64,000 nucleotides of DNA, from contig CM075989.1 in the NCBI GenBank assembly GCA_038087875.1, positions 11,098,001-11,162,000 on the forward strand, read 5' to 3'. Position numbers and translations under genes: made by a program. Shown one piece after another: positions 1 to 12,169 of this stretch. Positions within the stretch are counted from its first letter, which is position 1. Each line of letters opens with the position of its first letter. The notes under the pieces are model-generated. The model saw only the letters and a list, made by a program, of their open reading frames with translations. It was not told the origin of the DNA and did no database searches. Source of the DNA: Malacoraja senta. Its lineage: Eukaryota.

Positions 1-687
1 GTTAACCTGCCAGCGCACCTCTAGCGGTTGGTCGCTGCTTCCCAGGTTGGCTGAGAACATATGTAAGAGAATAAAAACTGCTAACAACAACAATAATGCT
101 TCTGGGGGCACGTTTTAGATGGCTGGATCGTGTCTCTCTCATGAGCCGGCCTGGCCCTAACTGTTTACTTTAAAGCACAAAGTTTTATTTAGAAAGAAGC
201 CTAAGATCAGGAACATTCTTGATGTAGTTGGTCACACAGTCCCATTTAACCTTCTCCATGGTTGAGTAACATTTCATCTAAGGTCTCAGCTTCACATTGT
301 CAAGCCTCATAACCTCTGTGTCCCCTGTGGTGCAAACCCATTGATCACCCTAGAGAGCCGGTCACTCGCATTCAAGTCCCACTGGATACCACTGCTTAAA
401 TATTTTGATCCAGTGAAACTATTTTAAAACCATGGTGTTTAAACCATTGGAATATTATTAATCTATTACTCTATTGATATTATTACTTTTATAAATCTTT
501 CCAGTTTATGTTCTTGCAACATCCCACAATAGAGTAATTAAGAACATATAATGGTTCATATTCAGAATGATAAATATATATGGTTAGCAGATAAATTGTG
601 ATGGAAAATCGCAAATGTTAGCTGCTGCCACAGTAATAATGACTAACTAATGAATCGTTTTAAGTAATAGTGAGTCTGTCAGTGTAT

Positions 688-914
688 GGGAGACAAAAGT
701 GCTGGAGAAACTCAGCAGGTGAGGCAGCATCGATGGAGCGAAGGAAATAGGCAACGTTTCTGATCGAAATTCTTCTTCAGACTCTGAGGAAGGGTTTCGG
801 CCCGAAACGTTGCCTATTTCCTTCGCTCCATAGTTGGTGCCTCACCTGCTGAGTTTCTCCAGCACTTTTGTCTACCTTGGATTTTCCAGCATCTGCAGTT
901 CCTTCTTAAACAAC
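688..914. mobile_element. Penelope-derived fold-back (inverted terminal repeat pair) insertion with hammerhead motif
   Basis: Arms ~691-782 and ~783-873 are reverse complements. Plus-strand CTGAGGA-A-GGGT(TTCG)GCCC-GAAACGTT at 784-811. Flanks agtctgtcagtgtat (673-687) and agtctgtcaatgtat (915-929). Confidence 0.8.
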
Positions 915-1030
915 AGTCTGTCAATGTATAGTGGCCTTCCATTAAAGTTAAATATAGAAGCATTGAGAGATTTGCGAGGGTGAGAGGATTGTATCACAAC
1001 TCTAAACGTGGCAGTTAGTCAGTGGCGCTG

Positions 1031-1442
1031 TTTTTCATTTTAATTTTTTCTTAACCAAAAATAATTTAAATCAACTATTTACAGTACAAAAATACACACA
1101 AAAATACAAACAAACCCACCACCATAATACAAAATAAAGCAAGTATTATTAAATATTAGATCACTATTTCCCCATCCCCATACATTCCACCCCCCTGCGG
1201 TGCCCAACGGTCCCGGAAATCCCTCATGGTGCCCTTGGGCAGCACATGGTCCCTTTCTATTACCACCCGGGCATGGACGTAGCCCCGGAAAAGGGGCAGG
1301 CAGCCTGCTCGGGCAGAGCCCTCTTCCGCCTGGTGCCGTGACTCACGGATGGCCAACTTGGCCTGGCCTAGGAGCAACCCAACCAGGACATCTTCAGCCC
1401 TACTCTCTCTCATACGCATAAGGTGTCCGAACATGAGGATGG
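1031..1442 (-). mobile_element. L1/Tx1-like LINE 3' end, cut by an assembly gap
   Basis: Minus ORF ...LLLGQAKLAIRESR...LFRGYVHARVVIE...FRDRWAP resembles a Tx1/L1 ORF2 C-terminus, followed by a T-rich 3' UTR and A-rich tail. Confidence 0.65.
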
Positions 1443-1642
1443 NNNNNNNNNNNNNNNNNNNNNNNNNNNNNNNNNNNNNNNNNNNNNNNNNNNNNNNNNN
1501 NNNNNNNNNNNNNNNNNNNNNNNNNNNNNNNNNNNNNNNNNNNNNNNNNNNNNNNNNNNNNNNNNNNNNNNNNNNNNNNNNNNNNNNNNNNNNNNNNNNN
1601 NNNNNNNNNNNNNNNNNNNNNNNNNNNNNNNNNNNNNNNNNN
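1443..1642. other. Assembly gap (200 N); others at 25550-25681 and 52516-52715
   Basis: N runs. Confidence 1.
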
Positions 1643-1912
1643 CTATCGTACACACACTAGGGACAATTTACAATTTTATCAAAGCCAATCAGCCTACAAA
1701 CCAGTAGGTCTTTAGTGTGTGGGAGGAAAGTGGGGCTCCTGGAGAAAACCCACGCTGGTCTAGGGGGAGAACGTACAAACTCCATACTGACAGCACCTGT
1801 AGTCAGGATCGAACCCCGGTCTCTGTCGCCGTTAGGCAGCAACTCTACTGCTGCGCCACTGTGCCATCCTACTAGTAGGACAATGGACTTGGTGGAAACT
1901 CCCCACACTTAC

Positions 1913-2062
1913 TTGTGTCCCAGCTCATGAGCGACGGTGAATGCCAGGGGGAGCCCCGAGTCCTCGTTGATGCTGCAGCTCCTGTGAGGCTGGCACATTC
2001 CAGAGACATGTGACAGACCCAGGGTCTCACATGGGCGGTTCATGCCAGCACATACGTCCTTC
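1913..2062 (-). CDS. ADAMTS7: ADAMTS7 exon 7 (zinc-binding motif start): [49 protein letters not shown]
   Basis: Acceptor ttgtccag|G, donor CACAA|GTAAGT, 150 nt, phase 2-2. Contains the HExxH (HELGH) metzincin motif. The gene continues beyond the left edge. Confidence 0.97.
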
Positions 2063-4209
2063 CTGGACAACACAAAAACAGCAACATTCACCACCACATC
2101 TCTCCCGGGGCAGAGCAAAGCCTGGCGGGTAACACCATTCGGTGATGGTTAATTATTGTTTTGTGCACTGAGATAGAGTAAAAAGCATTGCTTTGTGTGC
2201 CATCCGTGTGAGTACATCAGGTAGTGCAAAAGAGAAAATAAACAGCATGCAGAATATAGTGTCGCAGCTGCAGAGAGAGTGCAGATTTTTTAAATGCGCA
2301 AGGGCCACAAGGTGGTTGACCAAGGTTGTCGGTGGGAATACATTCCCTCGCAACTGAGAGGTCTGTTCAAGAGTCTGAGAACAGCGGGAAGAAGTTGTTC
2401 TTGACTCTGGTGGTATGTGCTTGTAAGGTTTTGTATCTTTTGGCTGACGGGAGAGGGGAGAGGGGAGAGGGGAGAGGGGAGATGAGGGAATGATCGGGCT
2501 GTCAGTGGTCCTTGAATATGTTGGCTGCTTTCCTCAGCCAGCGTGAAGTGAAGATGGAATTGATTGGGGAGGTGGGGGCAGGGGAGGGAGGCTGTTTCAG
2601 TTGGGCTAGGATGGACTGGGCTGCATCCACAACTCGATGATAGGTTTAGAGTCCCACTTGTTATACTCTACCCTACCCCTAATCTGTCTCTTGCCCCGAT
2701 CCTCTGTCACCACCAACCTGGCAGCTACTAACACACTCCTACTGGCCAGATCAGACAACAGCCTGCAATCAGCAGCCCATCATATATATCAATCATCATC
2801 ACCAACTAAACAAATAATAATCCATAACTAATAACCCAGCTGATACGATATCCCATATTGAGCAGCACAACTAATTACAATCCATAACAGATCCCAATTG
2901 AAAGAATAACCCATTAATAGACAAATTAATAATAATGCATAACCAATATGCTGACCAAGAGTGAATCATAACTAGTGGTAAACCGGACAAAGTAATCCAT
3001 AATCATCAGCCCAATTAATAATAATCCATACCCAGCAATCTAACCAATTATAACCTATAATCAGTAGGCCCATCCCAAGATACCAATGTGCTGTGATCAG
3101 ATCAGAGGCTCCCTACAATGCTCATTATTGTTTGCTGTGGAAACTCATTGCACACACGGCACACAATTAATTCAATTAGGATCTTCTCTCTTAGTGTTCC
3201 ATGTCTTTTATTTGCTCAAAGGGTGTTTTGCTGTTGTCCACATTGTTCCAATATCTCAAAAACCAAATATCTCAAAAAGGAAATAAAGTCACTAAAACCA
3301 AAGCCTCCCTCTGATGGCTTTAATTAATTCTATAAAGTCAGTCACAGGCATTTGTTCCAAACGCTATCCCTTCACTCACGCTGCATGGAATTCCACAACT
3401 CCCAAGGCACAGATACTGGAGGATCAAAATCTTTCCTGCTCACTCTTAATGTGTGAGTTTTCAGTGGATTAAATTCTTCCCTTTTCCTTCCCATTGAAAT
3501 GAAATTCAATGGACCAAACTAAATCCCACTGCAGAGGATTCCGGTGGAACAAGGTCCTCACACCCACTGTTTAAAAAACTGCATTCCTATGAATAAGGAC
3601 AATCATATATCACCCGCAGGATGGTAGAATAAACTCTCCTATTCTCACATAGAATTCCCAATGCATTCGCTATCTGTCCCTCGGTGCTTAACATTGAAAT
3701 ATTCCGTTACCAACGCTCATGAGAGCTCAGCTTGATTTATAAGAACGTGCACATTCAGTCCAGCAGTTCTGCGGTTGCATTACCTGTTGGGCTTGGATTG
3801 TTGAATGAATGATTTAATGGGTCATGGGTTGTTATCAGCCTGGGTCTAGTCTACAGCTTCCTGAAATTCCAGCTGATTCTTGGCCAATTGACACTGTGTT
3901 TCTTTGGAGCACTGCACTGAAAATAACATGGAGCCCTGCCTGCACACTAACAAGCTAGATATGACCTTTATACTGAGAAGCGTTCTGGTGCAGAATTAAT
4001 TCACCCCAACAGTGTGGCGTGAGATTGTCAGCATCGGTTGAGGGCCACCTCTGACCTAGTGCAGTCTTCTGCTGAAACCACTCTCACAGTGCTTTTCTGG
4101 AGGGAGTCCCAGAACTTAAGCCCAGTACCACATTTCTAAGTCAGCATAGTGTATGACCTGGAGGAGAATCTGCAAGCAGTAATGGTACTATACAACTGCT
4201 GTCCTTGTT

Positions 4210-4485
4210 TAGTTTTGAGATACTACATGGAAACAGGCCTTTCGGCGATGTGATCCCCGCATGTTAACACTATCCTACACACTAGGGACAATTTACAATT
4301 TTACCAAAGCCAATTAACCTACAAACCTGTATGTCTTTGGAGTGTGGGAGGAAACCGGAACAGCCAGATTAAACCCGCGCAGGTTACGAGGAGAAGTTAC
4401 AAACTAACTACAGACAGCACCTATAGTCAGGATTGAACCCGTGGTGCTGTAAGGCAGCAACTCTATTGCTGTGTCACCATGCCAC
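4210..4485 (-). mobile_element. V-SINE copy
   Basis: Reverse-complement V domain (ttaacctacaaacctgtatgtctttggagtgtgggaggaaaccgg). Further copies at ~1643-1866 (-), 26520-26830 (-), 59110-59372 (-), 44485-44680 (+), 45285-45570 (+). Confidence 0.8.
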
Positions 4486-6201
4486 CCCTATGCCATCGTG
4501 ATGCCCCTCTTTCATGGTGGTAGATGATGTGAGGCTTGGAAGTCCTGTTAGAATAACGGGGCGAGTTCCAGCAGTGCATTGTAGAGATGGAACATACTGC
4601 AACCACCAGGCATTGGTAGCGGAGGGAATTAATGTTTAGGGTGGTGCGATGAGAAGTTAATTCAGCAAGCTGCTTTGTCCTAGATGAAGTCAAGCTTCTT
4701 GACAGTTGTTGGAGCGGTATTCATCAAGGAACTTTCCCGTGCACAATGCTAAATGGATATTGATGCTGATTTTTCATTTTCTTCTAGGAATACATGAATT
4801 CTCTCCAATAGCTCACCTTCTAAATACTTCCTCCTTTAAAAGTGCTGAGCGTGCTTGGAGTAAAGTTTCAAAGGCCCCAATCCTGACTGGTGTGACATCC
4901 CTCAATGACTTCAATATGTGCCGACCATACTGCACCATAGCCAACAACATGTCCATTCCTGCATCACTATGGGTGCAAATCCTGGAACTGCCTCCCCAAC
5001 AGTACTGAGAGAGACGTTCAAGTATCATCTTTCCAAGGAAAGTTGGGGATTGTTAGCAGATGTTGGCAATGTCAGCAATCCCACATTGCATAAAGATATC
5101 CTAAAGTGGGAGGGAGCAGAAGATGGGAAGAGAGCATACATTTTAGGAGTTAGGTCTTTGCAGCTAATGGGACAGCTGCCAGTGGAGAGGGCAGCTGGAC
5201 TAGGGACTGGACAAACCTATTTTCTTTGCAGTGGAGAATATTAAGAGGGGACATGATGGAGGTATGTAATGTCATGAGGGCTATGAATGGGGACAACTGC
5301 GGAAACATTTCCCCGATCAGAGTTGAATAAAACTAGATATAGATTTTGGGTAAGTGGGATGAGATTTGGAGGCAATCTGAGGGGCCCCTTTGTCACATAG
5401 ACAGTGGGGAGTATCTGGTTTACACTAATGGAGATGGTGGAAGTAGAGTTATTGACAGCATTTGGCAAGTCTCCAGACGAACACTTGAATCACCTGCGCA
5501 AAGAAGGCAATAGACAAATGCAGGGGGTTGGGATTAATATGATCAGTGAGGATGTGGTGCATCAAATAGCATATTTCCATGCTGCTGTGATTCCATGAAA
5601 ACAGATCCCAAGCAGCAGTTACTAATCTAAAGCATTAATGAGGCATATATGAGGGCTACGCTTTATACAAGCCAAGACTGATTCAAAAGCAGCAGTTAAA
5701 CAAGATATCCAGATCATCTCTTGCTACCGACTGTAAATTGTGGTTACGTCTCCAATCCACAACCCCCCAGTCAATCAAATCAGCCTCCACAGCATCAATT
5801 CCATTTACTCGTCTCGTTGTCTTAGGAAAGCAGCAACATAATCAAAGACCACTCACACCCCGGTCATTCCCTCTTATCCCCTCTGCCGTTGGGCAGAAGA
5901 TACAAAAGGTTGAAAGCACATACCACCAGTCAAGAACAACTTTTCCCCCAATCTGATAAGACCTTTGAATACTTCAAATGCTAAGGAAGTATCCCTGATC
6001 TTCCAATCTAACTCATTGCGGCCCTTGCAATTTCTTTAAATGTTCATTTTCACTGTAGTGGTAACACAATATTTTGCGATGTTTTCTTTCTTTTTGCACT
6101 ATGTGTGGTCACATATGGTATGATTTGCCTGGACAGCACGCAAAAGGTTCTTCACTGTATCATAGTGATATGTGACAATGATGAACCGATACCCCACTTA
6201 C

Positions 6202-6326
6202 CGAGTGAGCAGAAGCGCCACGTCATGGTGTGCAGGGTGATTGTCACCTTTGAAGTTTATCTTCTTTTGCCATTTACAGAAGCTCCTCAGCGTGTTGTCA
6301 GCATGATGTGTTATCTTCAGGTCCTC
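6202..6326 (-). CDS. ADAMTS7: ADAMTS7 exon 6: [41 protein letters not shown](R)
   Basis: Acceptor ttctggcag|GAG, donor CG|GTAAGT, 125 nt (phase 0 to 2). [13 protein letters not shown] is ADAMTS7-type (ADAMTS12 recalled as QGLKIVHHAEKTL). Confidence 0.96.
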
Positions 6327-7039
6327 CTGCCAGAAGGAACGCAGAGCTTTAGTCTCCAGATGTGTTTCTATGTGAGAAGCATGGGTTGACTTCCTTAGAG
6401 CACAAAAGGTCAAGGTTCGGATTTATCATGGGAATTGTCAGAGCCGATGGGAAACTTTTGCAACTGGCAGATAACCAGAAGAAAGAGTTTTATGATAATT
6501 GGCAAAGGAAACTGATGACAAAAGAAGATTTTTTTTTTCTTTCATACAACAAGGCTATGATCTAGAGTTCAATATTTAGTACTGTTTACAGAGTGAGTCA
6601 GTGTCCACGGAAATGTCTGCAGTGTTTCAGGACAGGACAACTTGAGGGCCCCAGGGAACCGGAGATGAAATACGGTCTTGATCATTAACCACAATGATTT
6701 TCAGAATCAAAATACAGTCTCCACATTTTTAGACAAAACCAAATAGCAAAGGTAGATAATATTGGCATGGTCTACAAGATTTTACTTGAAGCCATTAATA
6801 CAATTGCAGGATGAGCGTTATATTGGAAATTGCATTTCAGTATCTGAAAAGCGTTGTATTTTGATAAGAAAAACAAGGAAGTTTGTTGTACTTGAAAGAT
6901 TCGAGCTCCTGAAATCACCTGAGCTCCAGAAGTCACTGCATCTGCAGTCAAACTGCTCGAGTAGTTACAACAACTGGCATCTATCTAACAATTCGGAAAG
7001 TTGCCCAGATAAGTCCCTCTCACAAAAGCAGGTCAAATC

Positions 7040-7620
7040 CAATCCAGTTAACAACTGCCCAATCAGTCTGTTCTCCCTCATCAGCAACCTGATGGGGGCT
7101 GCTGTAGATAAGTGGGACTTATTCACAATAACCTATTCACCAATTGGTTTTCAGCTGGACCAGTCAGCTCCAGACCTCATCACAGCTTTGGTCCAAATGT
7201 GGTCAAAGGCTGAATCCAGAGGGAAGGTGAGTGCGGCTGTCTTTAACATCAGGCCAGCATTTAACTAAGTGCAGCACCAAGACGCCCTGGTAAAAACTGA
7301 AATCAATGAACATCAAAGGGAAAATACTCCAATGGTTGGAGACAAAGGGAGGACTGTCATGGCTGCTGGAGGTCAAACATCCCAGTCTCAGGACATCACT
7401 GCCTGAGTTCCCCAATCATCTGCTTTACCAATGAACTTCCTTCTGTCACAAGGTCAGAAGTAAAGTCGTTCAATTATGATGTTGTTCAATTCCATTGACA
7501 ACTCCAAGCGAATGAAGCTTGCCTTCCCTTCACGGAGCAATACCTAGACAGCATGGACCTTTCCACCATTACCAGGCACAAATCAAGAGTGTGAGGAAAA
7601 TGTTCCCCACTTGCATGGAT
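7040..7620 (+). mobile_element. Old LINE (CR1/L2 group) reverse-transcriptase remnant
   Basis: GFQLDQSAPDLITALVQMW...VSAAVFNIRPAFN resembles the RT GF...D...DxxKAFD region; frameshifted. Confidence 0.55.
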
Positions 7621-8684
7621 TAGTCATACTGTCGGTGGAAGAGGACAAGGGGGAGGAAGAAATGGATGTAAATCCAGGGGAAGAAGGAATAAGAAAGATG
7701 AATGAATACAAAAGTGGGATTGTCTGTAGGTTAGTTAAAATGAGAGAATTCAATGTTCAGAGGGAGTGGCTAGGACAGATAGAGAGGTGTGGTAGAATCA
7801 CAGTTGAATCACAGGTTATGTTGATGAGGTTAGATGAGGAATGATGGGAGAATGATCAACTGTATCACGGTGCCGGGATAAACCGAATGCTCTGTCTCCA
7901 TGCTGTACATTCTGTGTAGTTCTATTAATACAGCAATTTGCTGTGCTACAGTATCTCCGCCCAGCCCCCATTCCAGTGTTAGCTACACAATAACTGATCC
8001 ATTAAAGTCACTGTATTCTTGGCAGCCTTGAGAATTCTTAGCAACCATTACGAGTCTCACAAAAGCCGAAGCCTTTACTTTGAAGCGCTGGTCACGCCTC
8101 ACAATCATTGAACTTTAAAGAGTGATGACCTCAACCCCTGATTTCCAGATGGGTCCCTTTTATCCCATTTCCCAAGCTTTATCATGAAAAGCTTGGAGGA
8201 GGAGAGCAAACCTGAAGCACTCACCAAATTTAAGAGTCTAACAGACCTAAGAAATTCAGCAGATTTTTTTTAATTTACATTTTTAGTTGTGAAGGTGTAC
8301 CAAGGAGAGAATCTTCAACAACATCCACATAATTAGGACAATTAATACAAAGGGTGATCAATAACAACAATAACGACTGATATTGTGACCTACCCCATGG
8401 AACTTCACAGGAGTATTAAATTCAATTTGATTTTGCCAATTAGGGATATAGAGAGATAGCCAAAAGCTTAATCAAAGAAAGAGGTTTTTAAGAGAACCTT
8501 GGAAAAAATAAGTGGTAGGAACAGATTTTGCTATTGGTATTGGTGTATTATAGTCACATCTTCCAAGATAGAGTGAAAACCTTTATTTAGTGTGATATCC
8601 AGGGAAATCATACCATACATGAGCACATTAGGGAGTGCGGAAGGGAAAATAAAAGACTGTGGAATATAGTGTTATAACTATAGA

Positions 8685-9225
8685 GAAAGGACCCAAGCAG
8701 TCTTTCCAGGCGAGGCAGAGGTTCACCTGCACCTCCTCCAACCTCATCTACTGCATCCGCTGTTCCAGGTGTCAACTTCTCTACATCGGTGAGACCAAGC
8801 GTAGGCTTGGTGATCGCTTCGCCCAACACCTCCGCTCAGTTCGCAATAACCAACCTGATCTCCCGGTGGCTCAGCACGTCAACTCCCCCTCCCATTCCGA
8901 ATCCAACCTTTCTGTCCTGGGCCTCCACCATTGCCAGAGTGAGGCCCAGTGCAAATTGGAGGAACAGCACCTCATATTTTGCTTGGGTAGTTTACACCTC
9001 AGCGGTATGACCATTGACTTCTCCAATTTCAGGTAGTCCTTGCTTTCTCCCTCCTTCCCCTCCCCTTCCCAGCTCTCCCCCAAGCCTACTGTCTCCGCCT
9101 CTTCCTTTCCTTCCCCCCCCCCCCGACATCAGTCTGAAGAAGAGTCTCGACCCAAATGTCGCCTATTCCTTCTCTCCATAGATGCTGCCTCACCCACTGA
9201 GTTTCTCCAGCATTTTTGTCTACCT
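8685..9225 (+). mobile_element. Penelope-like retroelement 3' fragment: GIY-YIG endonuclease plus terminal repeat
   Basis: ORF 8659-9036 reads FTCTSSNLIYCIRCSRCQLLYIGETKRRLGDRFAQH...HVNSPSH (IY...YIG with CxxC). Followed by the same terminal repeat seen in the fold-back elements (degenerate CTGAAGA at 9134). Confidence 0.9.
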
Positions 9226-9749
9226 TCTATCTTTATATTGTTATCTGTTGGGGTTTTTTCTTTGTTCTACTTGTAGTACAGGTGGGTGGCTTCATTGTAT
9301 TCATGTATATAGTGGTATCTGATTTAATTGGATAGCACACAAACAAAAGCTTTTCACTGTATCTTGGTACATGACAAAAAATAAGCAAATCGCAATACCA
9401 AACAGCTCCGTAGGCTGCCACTTAGCCACTATAATGCATTAGCACATGAAGGGAGCTCTTCAAAGGTTCCACTTCCCACTCATTCCTCAATAAATTGCAA
9501 ACTTTGAATTCAAACTTTTATCTTGTTGTCTTTAGAATTTGCTCGTTCTCTTGCTTTGTGTTAAACTCTCTCTGTCGAAGGGATAAAGGTACCAAGGGTG
9601 TGCTAAAGTGATAGAGAGATGATTGTGTAGTGGACTGGCCTCACTAGATGTCTCCATATTATTTAGTTCAGTTTAGAGATATAGCGCGGAAATGATACAT
9701 TCTATACCAATCCCATGATTCAATCAATCCGCCAGCACTGCCTACTCAC

Positions 9750-9833
9750 CTCATCTTCCTCTAACAGCACTAGACGAACGATGATGATGTTCACAGCGTT
9801 GCCAATACTGGCATCACGAAACAACCCAGCAAC
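9750..9833 (-). CDS. ADAMTS7: ADAMTS7 exon 5: VAGLFRDASIGNAVNIIIVRLVLLEEDE
   Basis: Read by hand (not in ORF track). Acceptor tctccacag|GTT, donor GAG|GTGAGT, 84 nt, phase 0-0. Matches the conserved VAGLFxDxSIGNxxxIxIVRLVLLE segment. Confidence 0.95.
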
Positions 9834-10368
9834 CTGTGGAGACATGTGTGAAGAGCTGGTGAGAGAACAGTGCAGCCACGTGTTGTGATTGGACATTCGT
9901 CACTGCCGATAGCCCCCAAACAATTCCAAAGCATTTCAGACAGGCAGTACCAGAAACCAATGAGAAAACAACTACACTAGGAAGTACCAGCGCAGATGAA
10001 ACAAAAGCGTGCTCACAAGGCAGGTGTGAAGGATGTCTAAAACAAAGAGAGACAGAGGAAAGTAACGATTCAGGAGGCACATTCCCTAAGGAATGGAATG
10101 ATCACTAACAAAGCTGGGTTGAAAATTGCCAGGTTAGCGATGTGCAAGTGACCAGCATTTTGGAAGCGAAGGTACCCTAGATATTTACTGAGTTATTCAT
10201 TCATGTTTGCAATCAATTGTCTGTGGGTTCGCCTGCCATGGCCTCCATTACTGAACTGTAATTTCAGCTCAAGGTTTCTGAGCTTTGGTAGGTGGGATTT
10301 ACCATTGTTTCTGTTCCTCATGATAACCCTGGTGATTCCCACGCCAAGGGATAACCCTGGTGATTCCC

Positions 10369-10795
10369 TTGGCTTATACTCGCTAGAATTTAGGAGATTG
10401 AGAGGGGATCTTATAGAAACGTACAAAATTCTTATGGGGTTGGACAGGCTAGATGCTGGAAGATTGTTCCCGATGTTGGGGAAGTCCAGGACAAGGGGTC
10501 ACAGCTTAAGGATAAGGGGAAATCCTTTAAGACCGAGATGAGGAAAAACGTTTTCACACAGAGAGTGGTGAATCTCTGGAACTCTCTGCCACAGAGGGTA
10601 GTTGGGGCCAGTTCATTGGCTATATTTAAGAGGGAGTTAAATGTGGCCCTTGTGGCTAAGGGGATCAGGGGGTATGGAGAGAAGGCAGGTTACGGATACT
10701 GAGTTGGATGATCAGCCATGATCATATTGAATGGCGGTGCAGGCTTGAAGGGCCGAATGGCCTACTCCTGCACCTATTTTCTATGTATCTATGTA
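10369..10795 (+). mobile_element. Young CR1-clade LINE 3' fragment (HER1-like)
   Basis: GLYSLEFRRLRGDLIETYKIL...RTRGHSLRI C-terminal motif; 3' UTR ends gaagggccgaatggcctactcctg plus (ctatgtat)n tail. Confidence 0.9.
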
Positions 10796-11614
10796 AAACT
10801 AAGCGAATGCATGAGATGGCCTGCCTGCCTCCATCAGACTGTACTTGTGGGTGAGATTATCAAAATGGTGCGCATTGGGCAAGTGTAGATGAAGCTTGGA
10901 TGAGACGGCTCCATTGTTGAACAGTTTCAGGTTGGACTGGCTAAACAGAGCCCAGTAAATGTTCTGTGCCTGCAAGACTCCAGCTAAAGGAGCCCAGAAC
11001 CAAGGGAAGACTGAGAGGTTCCCATTCCAATCCTTCCCACTGGGTTTGGAGACACAGCAACAAATGGAGAGATGTCCAGTTGCCCACAGCACTACTCAGT
11101 TTAACCATTTTGAGATTTATTTGTGGAAATCCTCTTGTCTCACACATTTTCATACTGTTAAATGGTAACAGCTCCCTAATAATCCGTCTAGCAAGCAGAA
11201 ATGATGGAGCCATTGTTGTGTTATTGGACCAATCATCCATTGCATCAACCGATTTTAACCATTCTATGGAGAGGAGGCTGAGGGGTGACCTTATTGAGGT
11301 GCACAGATCTCAAGGGGCATAGATAAAGTGAGTAATGGTTTATCTTCCTTTCCCTAGTGCTCTTCCACCTGCAGTATGACTAATCCATGCAAGTGGCGAA
11401 CATTCTCCTCACACTCTTCATTTGTGCCTGGTACTGGTGGAAAGGTGCATGCTGTCTAAGTATGGCTCCATGCTATTTTATATCATGGTCCATAAGAACA
11501 TGTTGCTCTCAAATTTACGACACCACTCCATTTTGTGAGACGAAGTTCCACTCTTCCAGCATAAAGAAAATCTTTGGATGTTCTGACACCTTTTTTATTT
11601 ATTCACTCAGGTGA

Positions 11615-12005
11615 TGTTCGCCATCAAAAGCATCTACATGAGGCACTGTCTCAAGAAGGCAGCATCTATCATCAAGGATCCCCACCAACTGGTCCTTGCC
11701 CACTCCTCTCTCCTACCATTGGGCAAGAGGTACAGAAGCCTGAAGTCCCACACCATCAGGTTCAGGAACAGCTACTTTCCTACAGCTATCAGGTTTTTGA
11801 ACCAACCCGCATGATCCTAATCCTACCTCAACAACACAACACTATGGATTAGGATCTTGCACTACCATGGAATTGTTTTTTTCTAATAGTGTTTTGCTCG
11901 AACGCCTTTTTTCCTGCAGTCGTCCTTCTTTTTACTGTCTTTCAGAATTTTACGTGTAATTTATGAATAATTTATGTTCTTGTGTGTTATCTAAGTATGT
12001 GCCTA
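11615..12005 (+). mobile_element. Rex1/Babar-like LINE 3' end
   Basis: SIYMRHCLKKAASIIKDPH...LLPLGKRYRSLKSHTIRFRNSYFPTAIRFLN, a typical Rex1/Babar C-terminus. Related remnants at ~5825-6190 (+) and ~2150-2635 (-). Confidence 0.7.
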
Positions 12006-12169
12006 TAAACTGTTGGAAAAAATGTATGGATAGGAAGGATTGAGAGGAATATGGGGCCAAATTGGGACTGGCCCAGAATGCCAACTTGTTTGTCATGGAC
12101 AAGTTGGATCGAAGGGCCTTTTTTCATGCTGAATGACTCTATGACTCTTTGAGCTGCCATTTTTCGGAA

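Noticed and set aside
11-27. CTCF-like motif CCGCTAGAGGTGCGC on the minus strand
   Set aside because: The key GGC positions mismatch and no upstream motif is present.
1-1912. ADAMTS7 exon 8 (FGIQHDG-type) within the window
   Set aside because: No matching minus-strand sequence seen; it probably lies left of the window, although the 200-N gap cannot be inspected.
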